From a virus, in IMG/VR virus record IMGVR_UViG_3300012936_000004, positions 25,415 through 89,414 of that record: 64,000 nt of DNA. One strand, written 5' to 3'. The notes beneath the pieces are model-generated. The model ran no database searches. It had not been told where the DNA came from and was given only the letters and a program-made list of their open reading frames with translations. Below are positions 8,642 through 17,390 of this stretch, piece by piece (position 1 is the first letter of the stretch; the number at the start of each line of letters is the position of its first letter). The translations under genes and the position numbers were made by a program.

Positions 8642-9322
8642 TTATGACCCACTGTTACTCTGTTGATCAGCAATCCATTGTTTTGCAACTTGCTTAGTAG
8701 GTGGGGTAGTTAAAAACCTACGCATAGTTTTAGATACTTGATCAATTCTTTTTCGTACATCACTACCATCACTATTATCAATAATAAAAGTGTTCGATCC
8801 AAATGTTTGTTGAAAACGTCCGATATTTTGTTGTACACTTTTCCAACTATTTGTTGCTATGTCAACAGGTACGGTCCTATCTCGTTTTTCATTTCTGGCT
8901 AGAGCTGTTTCAATATCTGTATTCACAAATACCATTGCAGTGTCATAACCTAACGATAGGAGTCGTGTGTTCATTTTTGCAATTTTGTCGTACTCTCTAC
9001 CAGTTCCATCAATAACCATTCCAAGACGTCCATTTTGATAAAGTTCATCTTGTTTTGCTGTTATATTTTTTGCTGAAGCTCTTACACGATCACGTGGTTC
9101 TGCTTCATCATCTGGCATTTTCCAACTTAGGTTTGCTTTACTCATTAATATTTCAAATGCAGTATCACTGTTTAGCATTTTCATACCGCCAAACTGTCCA
9201 AACAGATTTCTAGCTACAAAACTCTTGCCACTGCCAGGACCGCCCGCCATGAACACTGCTTTAAAAATATAAGGATCATTAAGACCCTCTTCTACGGGTT
9301 GAACTACTTCACTAATTTTCAT
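8642..9322 (-). CDS. zeta-toxin/AAA_33-type P-loop kinase with putative capsid-targeting leader
   Basis: MAGGPGSGKS, NSD, VIDGTG, ALARNEKRDR; start MKISEVV after TAAATA-N5. Confidence 0.8.
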   Translation of the reverse strand: MKISEVVQPVEEGLNDPYIFKAVFMAGGPGSGKSFVARNLFGQFGGMKMLNSDTAFEILMSKANLSWKMPDDEAEPRDRVRASAKNITAKQDELYQNGRLGMVIDGTGREYDKIAKMNTRLLSLGYDTAMVFVNTDIETALARNEKRDRTVPVDIATNSWKSVQQNIGRFQQTFGSNTFIIDNSDGSDVRKRIDQVSKTMRRFLTTPPTKQVAKQWIADQQSNSGS

Positions 9323-9345
9323 ACATATATTTAGCTTAAATTTTA

Positions 9346-9879
9346 CTAATCCCACCTGTAATATATGTGAGATCCTATGCGTCCGACTAATTGTAGTTCT
9401 CTAGCCCACCGGGGGGACACATATGTAGCATGATAGTGTGTTGCACCTTCTGTTATGCCTTTAAATTGATCAAGGTATAGCATTAAATATGAAATTTGTT
9501 GTGCTTCTGCCCAAGCATCTTCATCCTGTGGTTCATCTTTTTTACCATCGCAATACCAACTAAACTGACAAGCATTTCGAATCATAACCATCTTGTTTGG
9601 ATCTTTCCAACTTGGTTTTTGTTTACCTTGTTTCACAACTGAACAAATCGAATCTGGATAACGACTGTCTTTTACACGATTGAGAACAACATCTGCAACT
9701 GCATATTTGTCTGCTAAATTACTACCACGTGCTTCATAGTAGATATTCAAAGCTAGACAATATAATTGCGGATGTGTTTCTTCAGTATAATATTCTAGTT
9801 TTGCATTTTTTGCATGAACGCTAGAAGTAAATATTACTGCTAATAGTACTAAAATTATACGAATCATATTTTGCCTCAT
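9346..9879 (-). CDS. SleB-like cell wall hydrolase (Hydrolase_2)
   Basis: signal peptide; CLALNIYYEARG, VVLNRV, CQFSWYCDG, GATHYHA, IGSHIYY. Confidence 0.92.
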   Translation of the reverse strand: MRQNMIRIILVLLAVIFTSSVHAKNAKLEYYTEETHPQLYCLALNIYYEARGSNLADKYAVADVVLNRVKDSRYPDSICSVVKQGKQKPSWKDPNKMVMIRNACQFSWYCDGKKDEPQDEDAWAEAQQISYLMLYLDQFKGITEGATHYHATYVSPRWARELQLVGRIGSHIYYRWD

Positions 9880-9888
9880 TATAAAAAT

Positions 9889-10110
9889 TTAAAGTTGTCC
9901 AAATTTTACTACTCTTCGGACTGTTCCACGATCATCGAAAAACTTAACTTCTCCGTCTTTAATTTGTCCTTGTTGTACAAGTCCGTTTCGTTCTTTAACT
10001 TTATTTTTCATATGTTGTATGGCTTCTTTTTTAGTACCAAACAACTCAAATTGTTTTTTTACACTGCCGTATGAATTGTATTCAATTGTTTCTATTTCAA
10101 ATGTTGCCAT
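9889..10110 (-). CDS. hypothetical protein
   Basis: MATFEIETIE start with GGAG SD, below a sigma70-type promoter. Confidence 0.65.
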   Translation of the reverse strand: MATFEIETIEYNSYGSVKKQFELFGTKKEAIQHMKNKVKERNGLVQQGQIKDGEVKFFDDRGTVRRVVKFGQL

Positions 10111-10134
10111 GGCTTTGCTCCTATCGTATATACA

Positions 10135-10163
10135 ATATAGTATAGATAGGAACAAATGTCAAG
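10135..10163 (-). promoter_or_regulatory. sigma70-like early promoter
   Basis: TTGACA-N17-TATATT. Confidence 0.7.
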
Positions 10164-10167
10164 GTAT

Positions 10168-10443
10168 TTACCATTCTTTTTTGTAACCATCTGCTTCGTT
10201 GTCGTTGTAACCTTTTGTGTAGGCTACAATCTGTTCAGCAGTCATATCTTTCATTTCGATACGTTGTCCTTTGCCAGTACCTAGTGGCCAATAGTGTGGA
10301 TCAAAATCTCGTCCATAATAACTATCAGCACCACCACGATCATAAGGACCACCGTGTATATCATCATACACGGTATCATTCTCTAGTTTAGCGGTAACGG
10401 TTAAAGGAAGTTCAGTTTCAATACTCATGCGTACTGACTCCAT
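10168..10443 (-). CDS. conserved phage hypothetical protein
   Basis: HGGPYDRGGADSYYGR...AYTKGY motif. Confidence 0.75.
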   Translation of the reverse strand: MESVRMSIETELPLTVTAKLENDTVYDDIHGGPYDRGGADSYYGRDFDPHYWPLGTGKGQRIEMKDMTAEQIVAYTKGYNDNEADGYKKEW

Positions 10444-10637
10444 TTTTCATTCCACATTTCACCGACGCCTTCGTCGATATCATCAACTGATAGGTAACCA
10501 ATCAATCCTGCTTGAGAAAAAATAGCACCAGCACGAGCTACTGCTTCTGAGATGTGTTCACATTCACCAATTATGTCTGCAACATCATCCCAGGCTTTTT
10601 CTTCAATATCCATAAGCCAACTTTTAGTAGCACTCAT
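10425..10637 (-). CDS. hypothetical protein (paralog of 39055..39261)
   Basis: SWLMD.EE.AW...IGECE shared with the 39055 ORF. Confidence 0.7.
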   Translation of the reverse strand: MSATKSWLMDIEEKAWDDVADIIGECEHISEAVARAGAIFSQAGLIGYLSVDDIDEGVGEMWNEKWSQYA

Positions 10638-10981
10638 TATTCAACCTCCTCAAAGCCAACCATTGCAACTTTATATTTCTTAGGACCACATACCATGTAG
10701 TCACCCATTGACGTAGACCGAAGTCCCATTTTCTTACCACCAACATCATGCAACGGAGCCATTACAGTAACGTTTTCATTATAATCACCATTTGGTTCCA
10801 TTGTACCATCTGGAAGTTCGAAGCTCTCTTGTTTGATGCTCCACGAACCCATTATATTATTAGTCCAACGATATGCATAACTCATTGCTTCTTCTGGAGT
10901 ACAATTTTCCATTGGAATGTCAACAAATGCTACTGTGTTTGATTGTTCTTCAAACGCTGAATGAATAACTGCTACTTGCAT
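10637..10981 (-). CDS. conserved phage early hypothetical protein
   Basis: AYRWTNNIMGSWS and GLRSTSMGD motifs; AAGGAG SD. Confidence 0.75.
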   Translation of the reverse strand: MQVAVIHSAFEEQSNTVAFVDIPMENCTPEEAMSYAYRWTNNIMGSWSIKQESFELPDGTMEPNGDYNENVTVMAPLHDVGGKKMGLRSTSMGDYMVCGPKKYKVAMVGFEEVE

Positions 10982-11036
10982 ATTTTTCTCCTTAAATTAC
11001 TCTTATACTTTACACTCAAGATATCTTGGTGTCAAC

Positions 11037-11351
11037 CTAAAAATGCAACTTTTTTAAACTTTTTTCTAACTGAAGTACATTGGTATCTGCACCCATAATG
11101 TACTCATGTCCAACAAGTTCGCTTTCAGATTTAATTAACGATTTGATAGTACTAACTAGTGTGTTCACACCTAGTATATCATATTGCTCAACATTGCTCC
11201 ATGCCTTCTTACGCCACTTAATGTCGTTCTCAGGATTAAGCATTTCTACAGTACGCAATATAGCAAGTACTTTCTCATTTACTGATTTACGTTCAGGATT
11301 AAAAGTCATCTCAATTGACTTTAGTGCTTTTTCCATTGCCGCATTAGCCAT
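11037..11351 (-). CDS. hypothetical protein
   Basis: GAGGAG SD, 104-aa ORF. Confidence 0.7.
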   Translation of the reverse strand: MANAAMEKALKSIEMTFNPERKSVNEKVLAILRTVEMLNPENDIKWRKKAWSNVEQYDILGVNTLVSTIKSLIKSESELVGHEYIMGADTNVLQLEKSLKKLHF

Positions 11352-11472
11352 TGTTGAGCTCCTCTTCTTGTTCTTTTAATGCATCCCAAAGATCTTCTGG
11401 AAATGCGCCATAGCCTCTAGCACGGTTGTATGCTACATAATCTGCATATGTTTTATGATCTATTGCTTGCAT
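11344..11472 (-). CDS. small hypothetical protein (42 aa, MQAIDHKTYADYVAYNRARG...)
   Basis: manual ORF with AAGGA SD directly below an early promoter. Confidence 0.6.
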   Translation of the reverse strand: MQAIDHKTYADYVAYNRARGYGAFPEDLWDALKEQEEELNNG

Positions 11473-11542
11473 TTCTAATCCTTTTTTTAACGCTTATACA
11501 TATAATATAATGGTTCTAGACCCAAGAGTCAACCGAAACCAC

Positions 11543-11584
11543 AAGAAAAGAAATGTGTGTTTTCAATAGGTTGTAATTTTTTTT
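11543..11584 (-). repeat. conserved ~42-bp element upstream of an early promoter, copy 1
   Basis: aagaaaagaaatgtgtgttttcaataggttgtaatttttttt, near-identical at 39539. Confidence 0.85.
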
Positions 11585-12113
11585 AAATTTTTTTTAAGTC
11601 AAGCCAGGTATTCCAACTAGGATGACGCACTTGTATTTCCATTTGTTTACGTTTTCTTACAAGTTCAAAGTAGCCAGGTCTATATGGTTTATGTTTAGGT
11701 AACCATTGTTTTCCTACTTTATTACCTTTGCGACTATTGCAAGGTGTACATGCACTTACACTATTCTCCCATGTAGTTTTTCCGCCTTTACTTAACGGTA
11801 ATACATGATCTAGTGTAAGCTGACTTTTAGGGAATAATTCCATGCAATACTGACAAGTATACATATCACGTAGATGCATGTTATGTCGTGAAAAACGCAC
11901 CTTTTTGGTGCGTCTCAGATAATCTTTAAGCATAATAACTGCGGGTACCCGTGTTTCCCAGGATACACTCCGGACCATCCAATCGTCATACCATTCTAAT
12001 ACTGTACACTTATCATGATACATATACATGATAGCTTCTTTCCATTGAACAATACTCAAAGGAAGAAAACTTACGGGCTGTGCATCAGCATTTAGAACTA
12101 AAGTATCGCTCAT
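11583..12113 (-). CDS. HNH endonuclease (McrA-like)
   Basis: LVLNAD, RD.YTCQYC, TLDHVLP.SKGG.TTWEN...C.PCN.RKG. Confidence 0.92.
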   Translation of the reverse strand: MSDTLVLNADAQPVSFLPLSIVQWKEAIMYMYHDKCTVLEWYDDWMVRSVSWETRVPAVIMLKDYLRRTKKVRFSRHNMHLRDMYTCQYCMELFPKSQLTLDHVLPLSKGGKTTWENSVSACTPCNSRKGNKVGKQWLPKHKPYRPGYFELVRKRKQMEIQVRHPSWNTWLDLKKI

Positions 12114-12121
12114 ACTAATAT

Positions 12122-12460
12122 TTATTTTTCATCGTCAAAGAACTTACTAAAATCGGGTACATAGATAAATTCTTCATCTTTACTTGTATCATATGAGACT
12201 GTAACTGTATAGTTTTCGTTTTCGTCTACTGTTTGAATATCATCCCAAAGTCTACTTAATGCATCATCTGTCCATGTTGAAGCTTCATTATCAGTAGTTT
12301 GAACAATATCTTTAAATCTCATCCAATCGTGATATTGATTTACATCATCCGAATTACAAGGATTATAACCTTCACTAATCATATGTTTAATTAAACTACG
12401 GTCTTTAATTCCGCTTTTACGATACGCTCGTTCAACTTGTAAATCTATTATGTCTGACAT
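12122..12460 (-). CDS. hypothetical protein
   Basis: 112-aa ORF translationally coupled to the upstream gene. Confidence 0.7.
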   Translation of the reverse strand: MSDIIDLQVERAYRKSGIKDRSLIKHMISEGYNPCNSDDVNQYHDWMRFKDIVQTTDNEASTWTDDALSRLWDDIQTVDENENYTVTVSYDTSKDEEFIYVPDFSKFFDDEK

Positions 12461-12750
12461 TAATCACACTCCGGAAATTTGTATTCTACAATTTTCTTAA
12501 TTGGATTAAATGCACCGTTAAGTTTTTCCTTAACGTATGTTTTTGGTTCTTCTGTACCATAACGATATATTGCTTGTTTAGCGAAACCAAAGATTTCTCT
12601 TTTATTACTAGATAAAATTGTTTCACGCATATCGCTATCACCTAAATCATCTAAGTATCTTAGTGCATAGGTTGTTATGTCGTTTACGCTTAGTGGGACC
12701 TCTACTTTTGCCAATATTTTACGCCCATCGCCAGTGTCTTTACTTCTCAT
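12460..12750 (-). CDS. hypothetical protein with GGCA-repeat leader
   Basis: 96-aa ORF with its own TTGACA promoter at ~12825-12853. Confidence 0.7.
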   Translation of the reverse strand: MRSKDTGDGRKILAKVEVPLSVNDITTYALRYLDDLGDSDMRETILSSNKREIFGFAKQAIYRYGTEEPKTYVKEKLNGAFNPIKKIVEYKFPECD

Positions 12751-12882
12751 TTTTGTGCCTTTCAGTGCCTATAATATAATATGATGTGCCATGACATCTC
12801 TCCATTATTTCTTACATTAGTAAGATATTATGGCAAGATGACTTGCTTGTCAACCAGAAAAGACTGGTTATAGTAATATTTA

Positions 12883-15378
12883 TTAGATAATATTTAAGAT
12901 TTCTAAATTTATAGCCCAGTTAACGTCAGTTACAGTGTCTCCTTTTGCTGTAACTTTAAATGCTCCGGCAAATACACTTGCTGTTACATTCCATCCATCG
13001 TATTCTAATACAAATTTACTATTATTTGGAGGATCACTTTCGAGTGGACTAACAGTTTGTCCTGTATCTACACGCCATAATTTATAATCATATTCAACAA
13101 TATCTCCTGCATTATATGTAGTTCCGGCGTTCCATAAATCGTAACTGGACTCTTGTGTGCTTCGTTGATAATCAGTTCTAACTGTTGGTTCTACTAAACT
13201 AATAGTACCGCTTACATTTTGTACTGTACCTTCAATTTTAAAAGTTCTAACTTGGTTTGTTGAAGGACTTTTGCCAATTGCTTTAACAGTAAAAAACCAT
13301 GCTTCGTTTGTTGCTGGTTGAGGCATAACACCATCAAATGTTATATCTGTAGTAGAGCTTGCTGTAGTTGTACTAGCTGTTGTTTTATATAATCCACTAT
13401 CTGATATTTCAATTGTGTTGTTACCTGAATCAGTAACACTTAATGTTCCTGCGCCTTTTAATGTTTTAAACTGAAAATTATTAACATTTCTACCAGCAAA
13501 TACTTCTACTTCGCCGCCAACATTTGTAGCCGTAAGATTCTCAGATATTTGAATTTCATTTGCATTTTGTGTAACAGTAATTCCAGTACTTGCAGTAATT
13601 GAACGTAATTCACTTTCATTTGTTGTTACATTATTTTGTTTGAATACTTCAGCACCAGTTCCAATATTTGCTAAATCAGCGGCTCCTCCCGATCCACCTC
13701 CCGAACCTGTTCCGATGTTTAGCCATTGATTAACATCTCCAAAGTATGCTTCTACTTTATGTGTATCTGTATTATAGCGTATTCTACCTGCTTCGTTTGG
13801 ACTACGTTCTAATGTATCTCCAACTGGTAATTTAATACTTCCTGTGCCTGGAATTACAGTGTTATTTTCTAATCCAATAACTGTATTACCACCAAGTCCT
13901 TGATTATTAAATGCAAATACTTGATTTGTAGTACCATATATTCCACGTGTAATTACACTATCGCCATTTTTAACAACATAGCCATCCGATGTTAAGTTAT
14001 TAAGATTTTCTAAGAAAGTAGTAAATATCCGACTCATTAGTTGGAAATCAGACATTGTTCCTGTAGTGCCATTATTTTTTACATAACTTGTTAATTGATC
14101 ACTTCTGACTATAATATCACCTGGGCTAGTTGTTAATGCAAGCATACCCGATTCACTACCAACAATATGAACACTACTAGCAGATCCACTTGATGTATTA
14201 TTATAAACAATTGTTGTTGTTCCTGATGTAGTACTGCCTCCGCTACCAGTAGCAAATGTACTAAATCCTCCTGCATTGTAACCTGGATTATTTGCTTCAT
14301 CAACTGGTGTCGATCCAGCACTTGTTTGTGTATCTCTTTGTTCGTATACTTCTCTATAACCTTTAATATTACCACAGTAATCAAATACAGGTACTTGATT
14401 GCTTACTGTTGGTAAAGGATCATCTTCTCTTTTTAGAATATCTAAGAGTTCATCATCAAATAATAATTCAAAGATATTATCGTATTCTTCTATCTCTCCC
14501 GTCTCAGGGTCAGTATACTGAACTGGATAACCTGCTAGATTATCATACAATCCTTTCATACTATTAGCAAGTCCTGCATTACCTGCAACGTTTCCACTAC
14601 CCGGATTGTGCATTACACCAACACGACCTGTGTTGTCATATGTACCCGATACATTTTGAGTAAAGTTACTACCGCCTAAGTCATGTGCGCCTGAGATATT
14701 ATTTTCAAATGCAATTAAACTTGAGACTTCATTACGTAATGACTCTGCTTGTGAAACTAAACTTGCAATTTCATTTAATGGTAATGAACCTGCAATAACA
14801 TCATCAATTCTGTTAGCAATAGATCCTAAAAATCCGCCAACAAATGCATTTGGATTGAAACTTGCACCGCATAAACTATAATTAATATCAGGTGCTAGTT
14901 GACCCATATTGTTCATGATTGCTTGACCTGGGCCTAAAAAACTACCAAAACTTCTTTCAAGCATATTTGGAATAGCAACTGGATCAATTGGTTTTGCACA
15001 AAAGTTTAGTAGACTTGCTACTTGTTGTGCTTCTGCTAAAATTGTATTAGCACGACCTAATACTGCATCTAGTTTTGTATGATCCATAAATGCATTTAAT
15101 GAATCACCTGCTTGCGTAATAGCATCTAAAAGTTCTTGTTGAATATTAGGTAACTGTAGTAGTCCATCTATACTACAACGTAAGTTAAGTTGTAAGTTTG
15201 GAAGTTTAACACCGTTACCACTAAGTATACCACACATAATTTCACGCATAGTAAAACTATACTCAGCCATACCGACAATTCTACCGGCTTCACTACCTAG
15301 TGTTCCACTTAGGTGATGTTTGGCGTCCAAATACTCATTGACATTTTGCAGTCCTGATTTGAAATCTGTATAACTCAT
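12883..15378 (-). CDS. virion structural protein (baseplate/tail-associated)
   Basis: follows the PAAR gene; Gly/Thr/Asn-rich; LPVGDTLERSP..GRIRYNT fibre motif; WNAGTTYNAGDIV carbohydrate-binding-like motif. Confidence 0.7.
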   Translation of the reverse strand: MSYTDFKSGLQNVNEYLDAKHHLSGTLGSEAGRIVGMAEYSFTMREIMCGILSGNGVKLPNLQLNLRCSIDGLLQLPNIQQELLDAITQAGDSLNAFMDHTKLDAVLGRANTILAEAQQVASLLNFCAKPIDPVAIPNMLERSFGSFLGPGQAIMNNMGQLAPDINYSLCGASFNPNAFVGGFLGSIANRIDDVIAGSLPLNEIASLVSQAESLRNEVSSLIAFENNISGAHDLGGSNFTQNVSGTYDNTGRVGVMHNPGSGNVAGNAGLANSMKGLYDNLAGYPVQYTDPETGEIEEYDNIFELLFDDELLDILKREDDPLPTVSNQVPVFDYCGNIKGYREVYEQRDTQTSAGSTPVDEANNPGYNAGGFSTFATGSGGSTTSGTTTIVYNNTSSGSASSVHIVGSESGMLALTTSPGDIIVRSDQLTSYVKNNGTTGTMSDFQLMSRIFTTFLENLNNLTSDGYVVKNGDSVITRGIYGTTNQVFAFNNQGLGGNTVIGLENNTVIPGTGSIKLPVGDTLERSPNEAGRIRYNTDTHKVEAYFGDVNQWLNIGTGSGGGSGGAADLANIGTGAEVFKQNNVTTNESELRSITASTGITVTQNANEIQISENLTATNVGGEVEVFAGRNVNNFQFKTLKGAGTLSVTDSGNNTIEISDSGLYKTTASTTTASSTTDITFDGVMPQPATNEAWFFTVKAIGKSPSTNQVRTFKIEGTVQNVSGTISLVEPTVRTDYQRSTQESSYDLWNAGTTYNAGDIVEYDYKLWRVDTGQTVSPLESDPPNNSKFVLEYDGWNVTASVFAGAFKVTAKGDTVTDVNWAINLEILNII

Positions 15379-15680
15379 ATTCCGTTTCCTGCACGAACAT
15401 TCGGGCTGGCTGTTGCCGCTTTAGGATTACAATGTGGTCCACCTGGTATCGGACATAATCTATCCGGTTTAGCTGGATCACGTAAAAGTATTACAGGAGT
15501 ACTTTCAGCATGTACTTTTCCTGGTGTAATACTTGCAATTAAACCTCCATTGCCGTGACTATTAGGATCATTGTTTATACTAATCCACCGATAGTTCACA
15601 CGTACACTTCTACTACGAGCAATAGTACTTGCGCTACAATCTCTTTTGTCTTGATCTCTATGAACAGGTCTGTGTGCCAT
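15375..15680 (-). CDS. PAAR-like spike tip protein (T4 gp5.4-like)
   Basis: PVHR..D...C, SHG, HC.P.AATASPNV.AG. Confidence 0.75.
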   Translation of the reverse strand: MAHRPVHRDQDKRDCSASTIARSRSVRVNYRWISINNDPNSHGNGGLIASITPGKVHAESTPVILLRDPAKPDRLCPIPGGPHCNPKAATASPNVRAGNGI

Positions 15681-15698
15681 ACTACTATTTATTAGTAG

Positions 15699-15998
15699 TT
15701 AAATTGCAATTCCTGTAGTTTCTTTCATATAACCTTCAGCAATACCTTTGTGTGGTTTACTAATTGCTACTACTTGTTGTTTACCAATTATTACAGGATC
15801 ACTACTACTCGTATCAATGCTCATTAACCATGGAATAAGCATTGCTTTACCATCAGTTGGATTAAGTGTTAGCACTGTTGGCTTAATTACTTTTAGTTCA
15901 TCTCCCGTATCGGCATCAAAACGTGCAACTATTTCTTCACCTGTGCTAAGTTTAACTGTTATTACATCGCTTTTTTTAAAGTTTGAAATCACCAACAT
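15699..15998 (-). CDS. hypothetical protein (Sm-like fold, T4-like conserved)
   Basis: VKLSTGEEIVAR...PWL pattern. Confidence 0.7.
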   Translation of the reverse strand: MLVISNFKKSDVITVKLSTGEEIVARFDADTGDELKVIKPTVLTLNPTDGKAMLIPWLMSIDTSSSDPVIIGKQQVVAISKPHKGIAEGYMKETTGIAI

Positions 15999-16254
15999 CT
16001 AAATTTATATCTCCAATAAGTTCACGTACGGTATCTGGTTGCATTCTACTCAACGCCATACCGCCGCCTTCTACTAATAATTTGCCTTTATGATAGATTT
16101 GAGGCATAGTTCTATGTCCTTCTTTTATTAAAAACTCACGAGCTTCTTCGTTCTCTGCAATATTAATTGTTTCAAACTCGAAGCCGTGCTTTTTTAAATA
16201 CTGCTTTGCAACATCACAGTAAGGACAAAATGGTTTAGTATATACTGTAATCAC
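15976..16254 (-). CDS. nrdC: glutaredoxin
   Basis: CPYC and TMPQI motifs; adjacent to nrdB. Confidence 0.92.
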   Translation of the reverse strand: MITVYTKPFCPYCDVAKQYLKKHGFEFETINIAENEEAREFLIKEGHRTMPQIYHKGKLLVEGGGMALSRMQPDTVRELIGDINLDVGDFKL

Positions 16255-17381
16255 AAAGCAAACCCTTTAAAGGTATCTTTGCTTACATCTTGTTTCGTAC
16301 CACCGTTAATATAACTTGTAATTTCTGTTTCTTGTGGTGCTACTTGTACATCACTTCCTGCAATCCATTTTTGTGTCCAAGGTAACGGATTAGTTGTTAC
16401 GTTATAAACTTTAGGAAGCCCTGCATTATTCATTCTCTTCATTGCAATATGCTCAATATATTCACTGAGTAGATCTCTATTAAGACCTAACATACTACCA
16501 TCTTTAAACAAATAGTCTGCCCATGCTTTTTCTTGGTCTACTGCATCTGTAAACATTTTAATAGATTCTTCTTCAGTTTCTTTTGCAATTTCTGCAAATA
16601 CTGGATCATCTTTTTTAAGTGTTTTAAGAAGTAACTGTGTACTACCTAAATGTAAGTTTTCATCACGTGCAATAAACTTAATAATTTTGGCATTACCTTC
16701 CATCTTTTTAAGTTCTGCAAATGCCCATGAGCAAGCAAAACTTACATAAAAACGAACGCCTTCTAGTATGTTCACACTCATAATAGCAAGCCATAATTTC
16801 TTTTTAAGTTCACGTAAATCAACTACAACTTTTTTACCATTAACTGTATGTGTGCCTTCACCTAATAAATTGTAATACATTGCACCTTCGATAAGATCAT
16901 CATAATACTTGGAAATGTCTCCTGCACAATCAACAATTTCTGGAATATCCATTAGTTCATCAAAAATAATACTTGGATTATTATATACATTACGAATAAT
17001 ATGTGTATATGAACGACTGTGAATTGTTTCACTAAAAGTCCAAGTAATAATCCAGTTTTCTAATTCTGGTAAACTTACAATGCTTCCAAAACTTTCTGCT
17101 GGCGCACGACCTTGCACACTATCAAGCAAAATTTGTCTTTTCAAATTACTTGTAAAAATATGCTTTTCGTGTTCTGTTAAATTTTTAAAGTCTTTACCAT
17201 CACGGTATGTGTCAACTTCTTCTGGTCTCCAGAAGAATCCTAATTGTTTGTCTGTAAATTTATCAAAACTAGGATACTTCATTGTATCATAGCGTTGAAT
17301 TGTAACGCCTCCAGACGGATCTAGGAACGCTAAATTTTCTACATGATTACTTTTGTTTGTTACATCAAATACTGAACTCAT
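16251..17381 (-). CDS. nrdB: ribonucleotide reductase class Ia beta subunit
   Basis: FFWRPEEV, ETIHSRSY, EGVRFYVSF, RDENLH, VAPQETEI. Confidence 0.97.
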   Translation of the reverse strand: MSSVFDVTNKSNHVENLAFLDPSGGVTIQRYDTMKYPSFDKFTDKQLGFFWRPEEVDTYRDGKDFKNLTEHEKHIFTSNLKRQILLDSVQGRAPAESFGSIVSLPELENWIITWTFSETIHSRSYTHIIRNVYNNPSIIFDELMDIPEIVDCAGDISKYYDDLIEGAMYYNLLGEGTHTVNGKKVVVDLRELKKKLWLAIMSVNILEGVRFYVSFACSWAFAELKKMEGNAKIIKFIARDENLHLGSTQLLLKTLKKDDPVFAEIAKETEEESIKMFTDAVDQEKAWADYLFKDGSMLGLNRDLLSEYIEHIAMKRMNNAGLPKVYNVTTNPLPWTQKWIAGSDVQVAPQETEITSYINGGTKQDVSKDTFKGFAL

Positions 17382-17390
17382 TTTCTTTCC

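Noticed and set aside
8642-9322. Zeta toxin-antitoxin module
   Set aside because: No epsilon-like antitoxin is recognisable; the late promoter and head-targeting-like leader fit a packaged kinase better.
11583-12113. HNH gene as a mobile homing element
   Set aside because: It is a stand-alone McrA-like type with its own late promoter, not inserted in or beside a conserved target gene.
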